The notes below the pieces were generated by a model. That model saw only the letters and a list, made by a program, of their open reading frames with translations, was not told where the DNA came from and did not search any database. The position numbers and the translations under genes are program-made. 64,000 nucleotides of DNA, taken from positions 11,222,001-11,286,000 of the forward strand of contig JANJGN010000034.1 in the NCBI GenBank assembly GCA_026770705.1. Reading direction: 5' to 3'. The stretch comes from Isurus oxyrinchus. Lineage: Eukaryota. Each line of letters begins with the position of its first letter. Positions within the stretch are counted from its first letter, which is position 1. Below are positions 11,690 to 25,570 of this stretch, piece after piece.

Positions 11690-13830
11690 AGCCATGAGTT
11701 GGCTAAGACCGATTGGCGATCTTCATTAAGAAGCATGATTGTGGATAGGATACTTAAGAAACGAATGCATGCATTGCAGTAGTTATACATTCCTTTCTGG
11801 CTCAAAAATATAACAGGAAAACCATGGCTAAAAAATGAAATTAAAGATGGTACTTGATCCAAAGAGGAGTCATATAAAGCTGCTAGAAAAAGTAATAAGC
11901 CTGAGGGTTGGAACTATTTGGTATTCAGCGAATAAGGGCTAAGAGATTGATTGAGGGGAAGAAAGAGCATGAGAGTAAACTTGCCAAGAACATAAAAGGG
12001 GACAGTAAAAGCTTCTAAAAGTACGTAAAAATAAACAAAAATGGGTGAAGACAAATATAGGCCCCTCACAGTCCAAGATGGGAGAATTTATAATAGAGAA
12101 AAAGGAAATGGCATGGCAGGTAAACCACCACTTTAATTCTGTCTTCACAGAGGAAGAAACAAATGGCTTCCCAGAAATGCTAGAGAACCAAGGGTCCAGT
12201 GTGAAGGAGAAATTGAAGGGAATTAGTACTAATTTTTTTAAGTGCTGGATAAATAATGGGACTGGAAGCTTATAAATCCCCTGGGCCTAATAATCTATAT
12301 CCCAGGTTACTAAGGGAGGTGGCCATGAAATATTGGATGCGTTGCTTATCATCTCCCAAAATTCTGAAGATCCTGAACTGTCCTGGCAGATTAGAGGGTG
12401 GCAAATGTAACCCCACTATGTTACAAAAGAGGGAGAAAACAGGGTATTACTGATCGGTTAGCCTAACATCAGTAGTGGGGAAAATGCTAGAATCTTTTAA
12501 AAAGGATAATGGAGCACTTAGAAAATATCAACCGGATTGGAGAAAGTCAACATAGATTTCTAAAAGGGAAATCATGTTTGACAAACCTATTGGAGTTTTC
12601 TTTTGAAGATGGAACTAGCACCTTAGATAAGGGAAAGCCAGTCTATGTGGTGTATTTGGATTTTCAGAATGTTTTTCATAAAGGACCACATTAGAGGACA
12701 TTGTGCAAATTCAAGCACATGGGATTGGGCGTAATATATTGCTACGGAATGAGAATTAATTTGTACAAAACAAACAGAGAGTAGGGCTGAATGAGTATTT
12801 TTCAGAATGGCAGGCGGTTACTAGTGGGGTACCACAGGGATCAGTGCTTTGGCCCCAGTTATTCACAACATAGATCAATGATTTGGATGAGGGAATCAAA
12901 TGTAATATTTCCAAGTTTGCTGGCAACATGAAAATTGATGGGAATGTGAGTGGTGAGAAATATGTTAAGAGGCTTCAAGGCGTTTTAGACAAGGTGAGTG
13001 GGTGGGCAGAATGATGTGGAGATGTGTGAAGATATCCACTTTGGTAGGGGAAAATATAATGGCAAAGTATTATTGAAATGGTGATAGATTGGGAAATGTT
13101 GATGTATAAAGGGACATGGCAGTCCTTGCAAACCAATCATTGAAAGCAACCATGCAGGTGCAGCAAGCAGTTAAAAAGATAAATGGTATGCTGGCCTTCA
13201 CCGTGAGAGGACTTGTGGAAAGGATCAAGAATGTCTTACTGCAGCTATACAGCATCCTGGTGAAGCCACACCTGGATTATTGTGTGCCATTTTGGCCTCC
13301 TTACCTAAGAAAGGATATACCTGCCATAGAAGGAGTGCAGCGTATGTCCACCAGTCTAATTTCTGGGATGGTAAGTTTGTCTTCTGAGGAGAGATTGGGC
13401 TGACTAGGCCTCTATTCAGTGGAGTTTAGAGGAATGTGAGGGATCTCATTGAAACGTGTAATATCTAGACAGGCTGGACAGACTGGATGCAGAGATGATG
13501 TTTCCTCTGGCTGAGGCATCTAGAGAAAGGTGTCACAGTCTCAGAATAAGGTGTAGGCCATTTAGGACTGAGATGAGGAGACATTTCTTCAATCAGATGG
13601 TGGTGAACCTGTGGAATCCTCTACCGCAGGAGGCAATGGAGGCCAAGTCTCTGAATCTATTTAAGTTGGAGATAGCTGGATTTCTGGACTCCAAAGGTGC
13701 CAAGGGGTATTTAGAGAGTGAGGGAGTCTGGTGTTGACCCTGTGGATCAGCCATGATCATACTGAATGGCATAGCAGGCTCGAATGACCTACTGCACATA
13801 TTTTTCCATGTTTCTATGTGTCTATGGTTA
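11690..13830 (+). mobile_element. CR1 LINE, ~2.1 kb decayed ORF2 (RT) through 3' tail
   Basis: KSPGP..LYPRLLREVA, SQH.F.KGKSCLTNLLEF, VVYLDFQ..F.K, VTSGVPQGSVL, LVKPHLDYCV.FW.PYLRKD; TTCTATG tail repeats. Confidence 0.92.
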
Positions 13831-14384
13831 TGATGTGGCAAGGTGAAAAGCAGCTATGAGCGGGAAATGTATTCATTTATTTATAGAGGAAACAAAACAG
13901 AAGAACTGGAAGTCTAATTTAAACCCTTCAGTTTTCTTTCTGTAACAATGCCAGATTTGATGGGAATAAAAGGGTAGATGGAGGCATTGATGAATTTTCT
14001 ACACATAAATGACAGGGGGAAAATAAATCTTGCTTATGGCGGAGGGAGATGATGAACAGCGAGTATACCTAAAGGTAAAATAACTTTGGTGCTAGAAAAT
14101 TTAGAAAATGGATAAAATGGTAAAGCTTAATGGTTAACCATTGTTTGGAAGATATTTTCAGGAGAACTGAAATGTTGCACCTAGAATTAGAACTCTTAAC
14201 ATGTCATCCATTCTATCTTGCCCATGCAGGCACTCTTGGTCCGAATGAAACTCCACCCAGCCTTCTTTCTCCCAACCCGATCAGTATTCTCCCTCATCTA
14301 CTTGCCTTAAATGTAGCTATGCCACACGCCTCAACCTTCTATGTGGCAGTAAGGTCACGTTGCCTCACTGTAAACATTCAAGCA

Positions 14385-14790
14385 AGGAAAATATGAGCAG
14401 GAGTAGGTCTTTCGGCCCTTCGAACCTGCTCTGCCATTTAATATGATCATGGCTGATCCTTTATCTCAAAGCCAGACTCCCGTTCTCTCTCCGTACCCCT
14501 TGATGCCTTTAGAACCCAGGATTATATATATTTCCTTCTTAAATATATTCAGTGAGTTGTCCTCCATGGCCTTCTGTGGTAGATAATTCCACAGATTCAC
14601 CACCATCAGAGTGAAAAGTTGCTCCTCACCTTAGCCCTAAATGGCACCCTGTATCCTAAGAATGTGACCCCTTTCTTTAGACACCCAAGCCAGAGGAAAC
14701 ATCACCCCTGCATCCAGTCTGTCCATCCGTCTCAGATTATTATACCTTACAACCTGATGCCCACTCATTCTTTTGAGCCCCTGTGAATTC
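14385..14790 (-). mobile_element. CR1 3' fragment
   Basis: Reverse complement of the 13480-13830 type tail. Confidence 0.75.
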
Positions 14791-16696
14791 TAAGTACACC
14801 CTGGGCGTAGAATTTTATTCTGAATACATTACTGGGCCTATTTGTGACAAGCTTATATTTATGGCTCCGAATTTTAGATTCTCATACAAGTTATAACCGC
14901 TTCTGTACGTTTACCCGATCAAATGCCTTCGCACTTTTAAGGACTCTATCAGATCACTGCCAAATCATCCCACTGCTACATAAAAGCGCCCTGACATGTA
15001 CAGCCTTTTCTGATATTGATCAGCAGTCAGTTTTGTTATTGTGCTTGTAAATTTTGTACATTGTAATGTCACTATTTAGATTTGCAATTCCACTGTCATT
15101 CAAAGTAGCTACAGCTAACTAAGCACAAATAGTGTCAATATTTCTAAATTGTGGCAATTATCTAAGTTGCTAATATGATCATTGAGTACAGGACTGAACT
15201 GGTCATCTGCTCAAAGTGTCGGTTTTCACACGGTAGCATAATTTGTAAAGAATTGCACATAAACGCTAAGCTTGAAATGTTTCATCATGACCAGTGTATA
15301 TTGACAGGTGCAACGGAAGTTCTCGCACGGCTGGCGTGTTACTGTGCAACCCTAAGGCAAAGGAAAGGCAGACGAGGCCGGAGGAAAAGAGGAACTCTTG
15401 TAAACACTTAAACAAACTGGTAAGGAGCAGGCGTCGGCTGCTTGGTGATCTGTTTCACAAAATGTGCTCATTTTAGCGCTATCAACACAACACTATTTGG
15501 AGAAAACCTGCAGGCGGGGGCAGAGAGTGGTTTCCTAGCTGTTTCCTATGAATCAGCTGGGTCACATACCTGTCTTGTGGGAAGTTTCGAGGTGGGGTTC
15601 CAGAGCGTGGGCCTGAGTTGACTTCAGGCATATTCAATAAGGTGGCAGAAAGAAGGGATAGGCACAAGAGGCCTGGCTGAGAGGAGTGTGTAATTCTGGA
15701 ATATTGAAGGGATGGAAGTGAACAGGGGAGCAGGGATAACATAAAGGACTTTAAACAAGAGGGCGAAAAAATTCAAATGCATGTGTTGGAGACAGAGAGC
15801 TAATGTAAATATGATCAAATATGGGCATGATGGGTAGCATATGGATGAAGCAGTACGTTTGCAGGTAGGGTGAAGCGACAGAGGATGGAGGAAAAGTGAT
15901 CTAAAGGGTACATAACTTTCGATGGGTGCTGAGGCTGATGGCCTTTATCATTCTATTGCGTCATTTGAGGAAGCTGCATCTCATCCATGATTTGGTATTT
16001 AACAAGTAGTGTGACATCACAGAAGGACTGGACAGTTGAGAAGGATGGCAGAGAGGGAGAAGTGGATGTTTGGAGTGTATATGTGGAAACAGATCCTCTA
16101 TCCAGGGGTGTTGGTCATTGGAAGGTAGCACGTAGTTAAGGAAAAACTGTCCGCGAATAGCACAGTGGACCAATTCAGAGACAGCAGAGGGAGCGCAAAA
16201 CAAGAATGGCCACTCCTGGGAGTATTCCTTACAACTGGGTAGCTATGAGAGAAATTATCGATTAACAGTCTAACTGTGTTCGAGCATGCAGATTTTATTG
16301 AACTATGTTGAAGAAAGCTGATTGGTCAAAGCATGAGGAATGAGAACGTCCTATCACCAGTCAAAGTAAGCGTGTTGTTTCTGTCTACGGGTTGGAAGGT
16401 GAAGCAGAGGATACATCAGCTGGAAAAATAGGCAAGTTGATCGGAGGCGATATGATGTTCAATGTCTCAGGAAGTGAAATGGTACATCAGTCATGGCGCT
16501 AGATTGCAATTACATTGGTGTGATATTTTGGTTTTCTTGTGTTCAGAAGTAGAATACCTAACCAAAGTAACGAGTTAACTGACAGCTGGAATAGGTTAGA
16601 AGGTCGGGAAGGGAATTTGAGTACGAGGTGGGCCCCCTAGATGTGATGACATCCAACAAAGAATGTTCCGAATCTTCAAGGCGAGATTAAAGTTAA

Positions 16697-16829
16697 AAGC
16701 AAAAAACTGCGGATGCTGGAAATCCAAAACAAAAGCAAAAATACCTGGGTAAACTCAACAGGTCTGACAGCATGTGCGTAGAGGAACAGAGTGAACGTTT
16801 TGAGTCCGTAAGACTCTTCAACAGAACTA
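16697..16829. mobile_element. Penelope-like pLTR insertion with 13-bp target duplication
   Basis: AGATTAAAGTTAA at 16684-16696 and 16830-16842; same family as 32549-33194. Confidence 0.8.
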
Positions 16830-19279
16830 AGATTAAAGTTAAGCCTCAGGAATGTTTGGTTTCGTGGGCAAGGGGAAGGAGGAGGAAGCAACGGCCAGTG
16901 AAACAAATATTCTTTATTATTGTGACACACATAAGCTCCTCGGAACTGTAAGGACCAAAAAACTGCATCAATTATTAAGTTGCATGAATCAAAATTTCAA
17001 TGTTGCTCTGCCTATGCATAAAGAAGGTACATAACACTATGTCACGCTAATTAAATGCATGTGTCAATTAGATTAGATCAAAATCCAATTCTCATTTGTG
17101 ACTTGTGCCTATATTTACCTATAAATGCATGTAAACCAGCGCAGCTCTAATGCATATAATTGCCTATGGGATCCTTATTTGAAAAACGTTGATCGGATGT
17201 AGCGCTCATGGATAACAGTGGTTTCTCAGGTCTGGTGTCACCTGCAGGAATATACACTGTTGTTTTCCAAGGCTGCTGTACCCTTTATGATATGATGCCT
17301 GAAAACGCGTGCAGCAGCTAACCATTAATTTGTATAAATGTAGAATTACACGTTTACATTTCCTCCTCTTTGTCAATATTTGCGAAACACTAAATTTTAC
17401 TGGGTGCTTGTGTGGATTAATCTCTCTGAACTCATACATTCCGTTATTTATCGCAGCACCCACCGCTCTGCTGGGTTATGTTGCATTTTCTCGACTGTAG
17501 CAAAGGAATCCTGTATCATAGACACAATGCTAACTGAAGTACAGCTGATTGGCACAGCAAGGGAAAAATTGGAATAAAAATTTACCTGGTATATTACCAG
17601 CAGCTGCAGCGTCCATGATATGGTCAGGTTTTGTTTTTATATGCAATAATTAATGTTTTTTTTTCTTTATTTTCAAATACTTTTTTAAAAAAATTCTCAT
17701 ACATTCTGGCACTCTGGCGCAAAATTCAAACTCCCTCAAGGCAACTTAGGCATTTTCCGGAAGATATTAACAATCTAGTTATTGTTTTACTCCCTCAGGA
17801 TCTGACACCCAAACTATTAAACCCTATGGCCAGCCTCACGAACTGACGCCAAAACAATTGAACCCCTATGGCCAACTGACTGTTCTATTTTATATCATGC
17901 TGCATTAAATAGAACAAAAACAATGGAATTCACTGCATCGTTACCACGCTCCCAACTTCGTCATGCTCCATTTTCCCCCAATTGTCCATTAAATATGCCG
18001 TTCAGCAAAGAACAATTTTGTCTCCAAATATATCAAAGTTATATGTTAGGCAAGCGACAGGTGCAAACCACATTCAAAGAAACTTTGAGTATATTCTGAA
18101 ATTCCTTGCTTTACAATTTCCCCGTGGATAGTATGAAGCATTGAATATGGATACCAAGTGGGCAAGATGTCATAAAGCATGTCCCCTGGCCTAAGTCCTG
18201 GTCAACATGTAACTGCATTTACTTAGTGATACAGGGATTGCACTCATTTCTGCACTAGCTGAGAGGCTCCGACTAAGTTCTAACTATCGCCGTGACATGG
18301 ATTTCACATTTTCTTGGACGCAAATTTTATTCTAGTGTCAGCTTCAGTGTATTTTGGTGTCCAGAAACAATGATGTCCTGGAGCATGCTGAACAGACAAT
18401 GAGCATGAAACATTCAGACAGACAGCAAGCCAGGAAGTAAAAAAAGTATCCTTTGTATTTCACTTTGCAACAAACAACGAAATAAAATATCGACAATTCA
18501 CGTGGGATTAAGCCAGAAGCCCAAATATCACGAACAGCTTTCAAAATATTTATTATTCTCAAAATGCGAGAAATGGAGAAATTTGACAATCCACAAATAC
18601 ATAGAGAGTTTTGCAGGGCCAGAGAAGGTGTTCAGCAATATTTCTTATTACGACCCAACTGCTGTTAATATTGAACAAGTCAAATCCCAGAATTAACTCT
18701 GGTTTGATAGTTTTTTTTACAAACAGTGGAGGAAAGTTGCTGAACAAATTTGCAGGAATCTGCTGATGAACTTTTAACACCAAGAAAAACATATTTATTA
18801 AAACAAGAAAAATGAACTCTCTTACACCAGACAAAAGGTTTGGAAATATCTCAATACAAACAGAAGAAAATGACGCAAATTCCCAATATCCCTTTACATA
18901 GCAATGTCCTCACAGGCGTATCAATCATTGAAGAGTTATCACTAGCTAGACACAAAAGATCCTTGCTTGGGACAGGCACATGGACAAACAATTTTCCTCT
19001 GGTGGATTCCTGAGCATTCAATTGATGCTTCTCACCCAATAAATATCTCTCACGCTGAGGCATTCAAAACGCCACTTTGAACTCATGGTTGCTTCAAATA
19101 CAGAGCAAACTGATGGGGTCCCGAAACTTAATCTTCCAGGAGCCTCATGGAATTTTTTATCGCAAAGAGGTCTACCCAGACTTCTAGTCACCAAGGTAAC
19201 AGAATGCAATTAACATGCTTATTGGCTGTATGCACTTAGCTATACACCATTAGACAAAGGATACCTTTTGAAAGCATTT

Positions 19280-20500
19280 TCAGGCAACAAGCAGGGTAGA
19301 TAAAGGGGAACCGGTAAATGTAATATATTTGGATTTCCAAAAGGCATTCAATACGTTACCACACAAAAAGCTACTTAATAAGATAAGAGGCCATGGTGTT
19401 GGAGTAGTATATTAACATGGATAGAGGACTGGCTAACTAATGAAAGATAGAGAGTTCAGATACATGGGGCATTTTCAGGGTGGCAACTGTAACTAGTGGA
19501 GTGCCACAGGGGTCAGTTCTGGGGCCACAATTATTTACAATGTATATTAATGACTTGGGTGAGAGAATTGAATGTACTATCGCCAAGCTTTCAGTTGACA
19601 CAAAAATAGCTGGGAAGGCAAGTGGCGAGGATGACACAAATAGTCTACAGAGGGGTATAGACAAGTTAAGTGAGTGGGAAGAAACGTGGCAGATGGAATA
19701 TAATGTGGGAAAATGTGAGGTTATGCATCTTGGCAGGAAAAATAGAGGAGCTGAATATTAATTAAATGGAGAAAGACTGAAAAATGCTGCGGCTCAAAGA
19801 GATTTGGGGGTCCTCGTGCACGACTCCCAAAAAAGCTAGCATACAAGTTCAGCAGGTAATTGGTATGGCAAATGGAATGTTGGCCTTTATTTCAAAGGGA
19901 ATGAAGTATAAAAATAGAGAAGTCTTGCTAAAACTGTAGGCCACACCTAGAATACTGTGAGCAGTTTTGGCCCCCTTATCTAAGGAAATACATACTGGCA
20001 TTCGCGACTGTCCAGAAAATGTTCACCAGGTTTATCCCGAGGATGGAGGGATTTTATTATGAGGAGAGATTGAATTGGTTGATCCTGTGCTCATTGGAGT
20101 TTTGAAGAATGACCTTATTGAAACATATAAGATTCTTAGGGGGCTTGACAGGATAGATGCTGAGAGGTTGTTTCTCCTTGTGGGAGAGTCTAGGACCAGA
20201 GGGCACAATTTCAGAGTAAGGGGGGCGCCCATTTAAAACGGAGATAGGGAGGAATTTCTTCTCTCAGAGGGCTGTTAATCTGTGGAGTTTGTTACTGCAG
20301 AGGGCTGTAGAGGCTGGGTCATTAGTATATTCAAGGCGGAGATAGACTTTCAATCAGTAAGGGAATAAAGGGGTATGGGGAAAAGGCAGGAAAGTGGAGT
20401 AGAGGATTATCGGGCCAGACATGATCTAATTGAATGGCGGAGCATGCTCGATGGGCCGAATTGCCTACTTCTGCCCCTACGTCTTAAGGCCTTATGGGTT
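19280..20500 (+). mobile_element. CR1 LINE 3' ~1.2 kb
   Basis: IYLDFQKAF, VTSGVPQGSVLGPQLFTMYINDL, WQMEYNVGKCEVMHLG. Confidence 0.93.
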
Positions 20501-21059
20501 TTTTTCATCAAGTCTACTAGCGCAAAAGTCGAGATTCTCTACATTTCAAATAAATATATCCATCTGTGAGGACTTAAACAATACATCGCGTGGAACATTG
20601 CAGAGTTCCTGCAAGCAACTTGCTTAATTCTGCCTCTTACTGTGCATGTTAAATTTTGTTGCCAGTACAACCTCAAACTACAAATAAAGGTCCATTCTTA
20701 GGTGTGGTTCCCATAACTTTACACAGATGTCCAGGTATGGTCCAATTCAGGACATGTAAAAGAAGAAAGGAAGTACACCAATCATTAAAAGACAGGTGCA
20801 AACCTCAACATCTGTAATGGGATGCTAGTGCTCATCTCAAGGATGATGAAGTACAAAGAAGAGAAAATTTGGGTGCAGCGTACATTTACCAGAATGATGC
20901 CAAGGATCGAATGAATTGTGGGGGCAACGTCGTGTTATGTTTCTTTGAGTGCATGAAGTTGGACATTGATCGGATTGAGGTATTGAACAGGTTAAAGGGA
21001 TCGGTTTGATATATACAGATAAACGTTTGCCTCTGGACGGGGAGTCAGGGATAGGAAAA

Positions 21060-21810
21060 GGTAACCTTCATTTCAAAACTGTTTCTAGTGAATTTAGCGT
21101 CACGAACACGATCAGCATATGTTTCGCATCCCTTGACAACTTCCAGAAGGCATTAATCAACTTCTAATTGAAGTACTGATTTGGGAAACAGAGGAGAGGT
21201 GTTAGAAGAGGGTGGAATGTTGAAAGGGAAAATACCGGTGATCAAAGTTTTTTAAAACAAATGACATCTTTGAATAGCCCTTGTTCTGTCAGGGGAGGTA
21301 ACTGCCCTACAGTGTTGCAGGAACGAAGGTCATGGATCTGACAAGCGAAAGGAAATGAGGCTGATCATTATTCTCCAGAGTGATATCAAAACAGTTTGCA
21401 TTTTTGGCAAAGTCATGCTTCATGCGCCCTAATGTGACCTGGCCCCGGGTAGCTCAACAAGCGGTGTGCAGAAGCATGCACGCTCAATTTCCTGTGAGAC
21501 TAATGATTAGTGGCATTCTATGGGGAACAACCCGCTGTGAAAGAGCAAAATTGTTACCGGGAACAGAGGGTGTAACCTGGAGATAAGTCATCGGTTGAGC
21601 ATATTGACACCTGCAGAACTATTAGGGTAACTAAAAGAGCAATGGAGAGACAGATGGCTGTTTGAAAGTGGTTTCATCGATGATTTACCGACAGTTTCCC
21701 TTTGCAGAAAAAAACACAAAGGGAAGTGGGCAGAGATAGGCCAGATTGGGATCAAGGCCACAGGCGTCAACAGGCCACAGTCGATGATTCGGTTGAGACG
21801 TGCTTCTATT

Positions 21811-21846
<36 letters not shown>

Positions 21847-22040
21847 AGCAAAATAGTTTATATAGAGAGAGTGGTTTACTGTGCTCAGAAGGGGACTGAA
21901 ATCAGAAGAGAGCAAGCTGAATTAAGATGAGAGTTAAAATCATGAAAATCAAGTAAATCGCTCTGTAGAGGTTGAGAGGCGATGTAGAATGGCGATGTTT
22001 CGGGGTGGTACAAGAAGTATTTTATTACAACGCGAAAGAA
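21060..22040 (-). mobile_element. Ancient L2 LINE fragment (APE endonuclease region) downstream of the terminal exon; copies at ~29100-30030, 30700-31660, 38990-39600, 63060-64000
   Basis: FLYHP....LL.FHDFNSHLNSAC resembles L2 VLYRPP...LILGDFNLHLNS; the copies align with each other. Confidence 0.6.
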
Positions 22041-22117
22041 GTGTCTTGTAACAGTATCTTCGTGAATTCGATATCCTTTGTCACAAATCGAAAATGTTCT
22101 GCCAGTAATCAAGTAAA

Positions 22118-22124
22118 TTAATTC
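22118..22124 (-). pseudogene. Terminal exon coding part (G AAT TAA), 3' set Z
   Basis: Acceptor tttttccctctacag; phase-2 entry, one codon, then stop, as in three paralogous sites. Confidence 0.65.
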
Positions 22125-23260
22125 CTGTAGAGGGAAAAACATAAGTAACGTTGATCCTAAAAATGCATAAATAATTTTGGTGAAATGTATTCCTTTGGGG
22201 AAAAAGCTACTTATGTTAATGCTCATGTGAAGCAGCAATGTATACTTCTGCAAGGCTACAGTGATTTTTGGATGCATGATATTGCATTAAGCAAAATAGA
22301 CCAGAAAATAAGTTATGATGTTTGCTCCAAAAACAAACTTGCTTGGCTGCCAAAAAAGTGGAAGCAATTAAGTATTTTTCCCGTGCCATGTGCACTTGGA
22401 ACGTATACCCGATAGAAGATAAATTTGGCATCGTTTTGATATGTATTTTAAGGTCATGTTTCTACAGTGATGTTGCTCAGTTGTGGTTTTATTAGCATAG
22501 ATTAGAGTCGGTAGCATGTCTGATTTGCACAATCTGATTGGCCCAAGCACAGGTCCAATTTACGGCATTGGGTTTATTTGATGATTCAGAGCACTCCCCA
22601 CATCTGTGATGTTGGAAAAATGGTAGATTCCCCCATTCTCCTTCACACTACCTGATGCCGTACAACCCTAAGCACAGAACAAATCGGAAGCTAAATTTAT
22701 TAGCGCGCTTAGTTCTCAGTGCACGGTAGAAAGTTGTACTGGGAATCAAGGAAAATCACTAATTACAAGCTTCATTACCTTAAATCTGCTTTCTCAGCAT
22801 TCCGCAGGAATTCTGAAATCTTTTATCCAGAGTAATAACATTTAGGAAAATTTTCCAGGGCCCTATAAGAGGTTACATTATACTCGCATTATTCTGAAGT
22901 GCACGGTCGGCTGTTCACCCAAAATTTAAAGCTCTCAATGGTAAGTGTTGAAATTGAATTCAGTCCTTCTGGCAAATTATGATAGAGCGCAGCAAAGTTT
23001 CGTTGAAATTATTTTTACCGTGAAACCCTACTATTTCAACGATCTCCTCCCAGGAAAAATTGCAGTTCCCCCTATTTTGTCTACATGAATCTCCAGTCCT
23101 AGGAGACATGGCTGACTCTGAATGCAACGAGGACCCCTGGCGATCACACGTAATTACTGCCTTGTCCTATTACAATCCTACCCGGAGAACAAATAAACAT
23201 GCCTACATTTCGTTCTTTGTCAACATGGTGGACGGCTTAGGACATTTTCTAGCCACTTAA

Positions 23261-23304
23261 GGCGTCAAATCATAGTCAATTACTCGATCCTTCAGTTATA
23301 ACTC
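23261..23304 (-). pseudogene. Second ITAM exon, set Z, inactivated (EL*LKDRVIDYDLT)
   Basis: 44 nt, aligned to 35030-35073 and 42243-42286; in-frame TAA; donor GT>TT. Confidence 0.7.
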
Positions 23305-23429
23305 CTCTTATTTTTTTTTAAAGAGTTGTTGAATTTAGTAAACACCTTCATGGTCTGGGAAAACAGAGGTGAAATATGGAATAAATTGTAATTGAATGCT
23401 TAAAAGAATGCGCGAAATAATTTCCTGAC

Positions 23430-23470
23430 CACGTAAGTAGGGTTTTCGTCCAGTGCTTCCGTAGCCCCTC
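23430..23470 (-). pseudogene. First ITAM exon, set Z (..ATEALDENPTYV), 1-nt deletion
   Basis: ttgcatttttacag acceptor, gtcagg donor; 41 nt vs 42 nt in paralogs. Confidence 0.75.
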
Positions 23471-23963
23471 CTGTAAAAATGCAATTTCAAAATAAAAGAC
23501 ATGGCCATGTATACAGGGAATCGGTGTAGTTCTAAATTTAGAAGGGGAGTATGCCATATTAGAGGAGAGTGCCACATTTTTTACGACTAAATTCTATAAA
23601 CTTTCATATCTCCCAACTTAAATTTCAAGGCTGAATGTTCATTTTTTAAAAAATCGCTTTGGAAGACGAGCTTCCATTGCACTGAATATTCAGTTTTCAA
23701 ACCACGCGATTTTCATTCCAGTGGTAAAATTTGAAATTCACCCCAAAATTCCATCTTGCACCAGTAGTATTTTTGAATTGCCTTAAAGTCAAACTGGCCC
23801 ACCAATGGAGTAAGGCAAAGAAGACTGAAACCCTTTCCCTGGTCTGGCTTATCCGTGAATCCAGTTTCACTGCAAATACTTGAACACTAACGTTGTTGGA
23901 TGCACTTGGCAGCCTTTACTGGAACTCTCCAAAATAACGGCATAGCAGTATAATTGTACCAAC

Positions 23964-24010
23964 CTTATGTATCCTTGGAATTGTGTCATAGGTGCCTGCC
24001 GAATTCTCAC
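23964..24010 (-). pseudogene. Cytoplasmic exon, set Z (GENSAGTYDTIPRIHK), acceptor AG>CG
   Basis: 47 nt, aligned to 42927-42973; gttggt donor. Confidence 0.7.
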
Positions 24011-24810
24011 CGGTTGCAGCAAAATGGTCAGTGGGAATACGAAACGGTTAATCAGGCATGAACATAGAATCATGTAATCCTAGAATGGCACAGCAGAAAA
24101 TAAAGCCCTTTAGCCCCCCAGGCAAATACCAGGTCCTTGAAATTGTTATCCAGTTAAGCCCATTCCCCAGCCTTTTCCCCATAGCATTGGAAATGTGTCC
24201 CCTTCAAATATTTATATAATTCCCTCTTGAGATTTCTATTCAGTTTGCTTCCACCAGCCTTCCAATATGTGCATTCCAGGTTACAGCAACGGAATATAGA
24301 ATATATTCCATAAAATCTATTAGTTATTCGGCGTTCTTAATGAATACGCAACCCAATGCAAAATGAGACAACAATGTGAAAATAGATACAGAAACAGAGA
24401 TTGGGTGTTATAAAAGTCAAGGGATTTTCAGTAAGAAAAACGCTGGATAAACCATTCACAACTTGGTATTGCATTGAAAACCTACATTAAACAGAACACA
24501 TGCTGATGTCATTTTAATTTCCCATTATAGAATTAAGCAAGCTATGAAATTACTTCGTTTTCAAAGCATACAACATGGATTGTTGCATGAGGGTATCTCC
24601 ATTTATATGCAAACATAAAGCTTCAAAAACCTGTATAACAAGTGATTAGTTTAATTAACTACAAATCAACAAGTACTGCTAAAGGCTCTATGGTCACCGC
24701 AACATGGGAATGCAAAATTATCTCACTTTCTGTTTGCTACTGAACTATTGTTCATATCATTTAACTCTTGCTTTGGATTTTTCATCCTAAACAAATGTTG
24801 TTCAACATAC

Positions 24811-24858
24811 CTGAAATGTAAACTGTTCAGGAGGATATTAGATTGCAACATTTATGAT
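24811..24858 (-). pseudogene. Probable first cytoplasmic exon, degenerate; paralog at ~44455-44498 has both splice sites mutated
   Basis: tttctgttgcag...CAG|gtatgt lies between the TM exon and the next exon, where a phase 2-to-1 exon is required; contains stops. Confidence 0.4.
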
Positions 24859-25446
24859 CTGCAACAGAAATTTTATTCGTTAATGTCTTATTATTAGTGA
24901 AGGAATAAATTTCATGCACGCTAGGCAAAATCCACACCAGGAGCCACGACCAGATAGCGTCAGGCAAAGAGCAAATACATTGGTCAGAATTTTGGATAGA
25001 GCAAATAAATTGCTCAGAAGTTGGAGATGTAAATTAGATTTCACGCCTAAAGCCATATATCTGTCCTGCTTTTAAACCCTTCATTATTTAACTACGAATA
25101 GTCATCAGAACGTTAAGCTGCTGGGAGGCAGTGGAAAGTTGGTGGAAAAGATTCTCCGTGTTAAATTAAGAGGATTTTGGAAATGCAAAACTAAGTCACT
25201 GAATCAACAGGAGTAGAGGAATGTTATAACACCAGAATAAAGACATAATAAATGAAGAATTTTAGTCATACAATGTTTAAATTATTAATATTAACTATGT
25301 AAATGTACCTGATAAATATATATATATTTGATCAGTGCTGTAGAAATATTTAGAAACCACTTCTGTTTTACAAACTTACTTTAATTCAATCAGCCTGCTA
25401 TGGACAAAACTAAAGGTCCAGGTAAAATTTAAATAGAGCATTTTTC

Positions 25447-25570
25447 CACATGGTATCCTTTTCGATCAACTTCACACTTATATGGCTGATCAGTCCCAGA
25501 CTAAGATGAGCAACAAACATTATGCGTGCTTTTACGCCACTGTTGAATTGAATGTCGTAATTGAGTTGAC
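25447..25570 (-). pseudogene. Transmembrane exon, set Z, degenerate
   Basis: 124 nt, aligned to 45271-45394; SGVKARIMFVAHLSLGLISHISVKLIEK; donor GT>GA. Confidence 0.75.

Noticed and set aside
17309-17500. TM-like peptide on the + strand (IPLFIAAPTALLGYVAF) and a possible minus-strand exon
   Set aside because: Not preserved as a frame in the 57.8-kb paralog and on the wrong strand for the cluster
21885-22550. Similar ORF pieces repeated at 22, 31.5 and 39.6-40.1 kb (EQHHCR..SKC.WH) suggesting a novel gene family
   Set aside because: Frames are not conserved between copies; explained by a duplicated last intron, terminal exon and L2 remnant
22485-22550. Octamer-like ATTAGCAT plus CCAAT box, repeated at ~30.4 and ~32.1 kb
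   Set aside because: Lost in the 40.1-kb copy and explainable by shared ancestry; no gene start nearby
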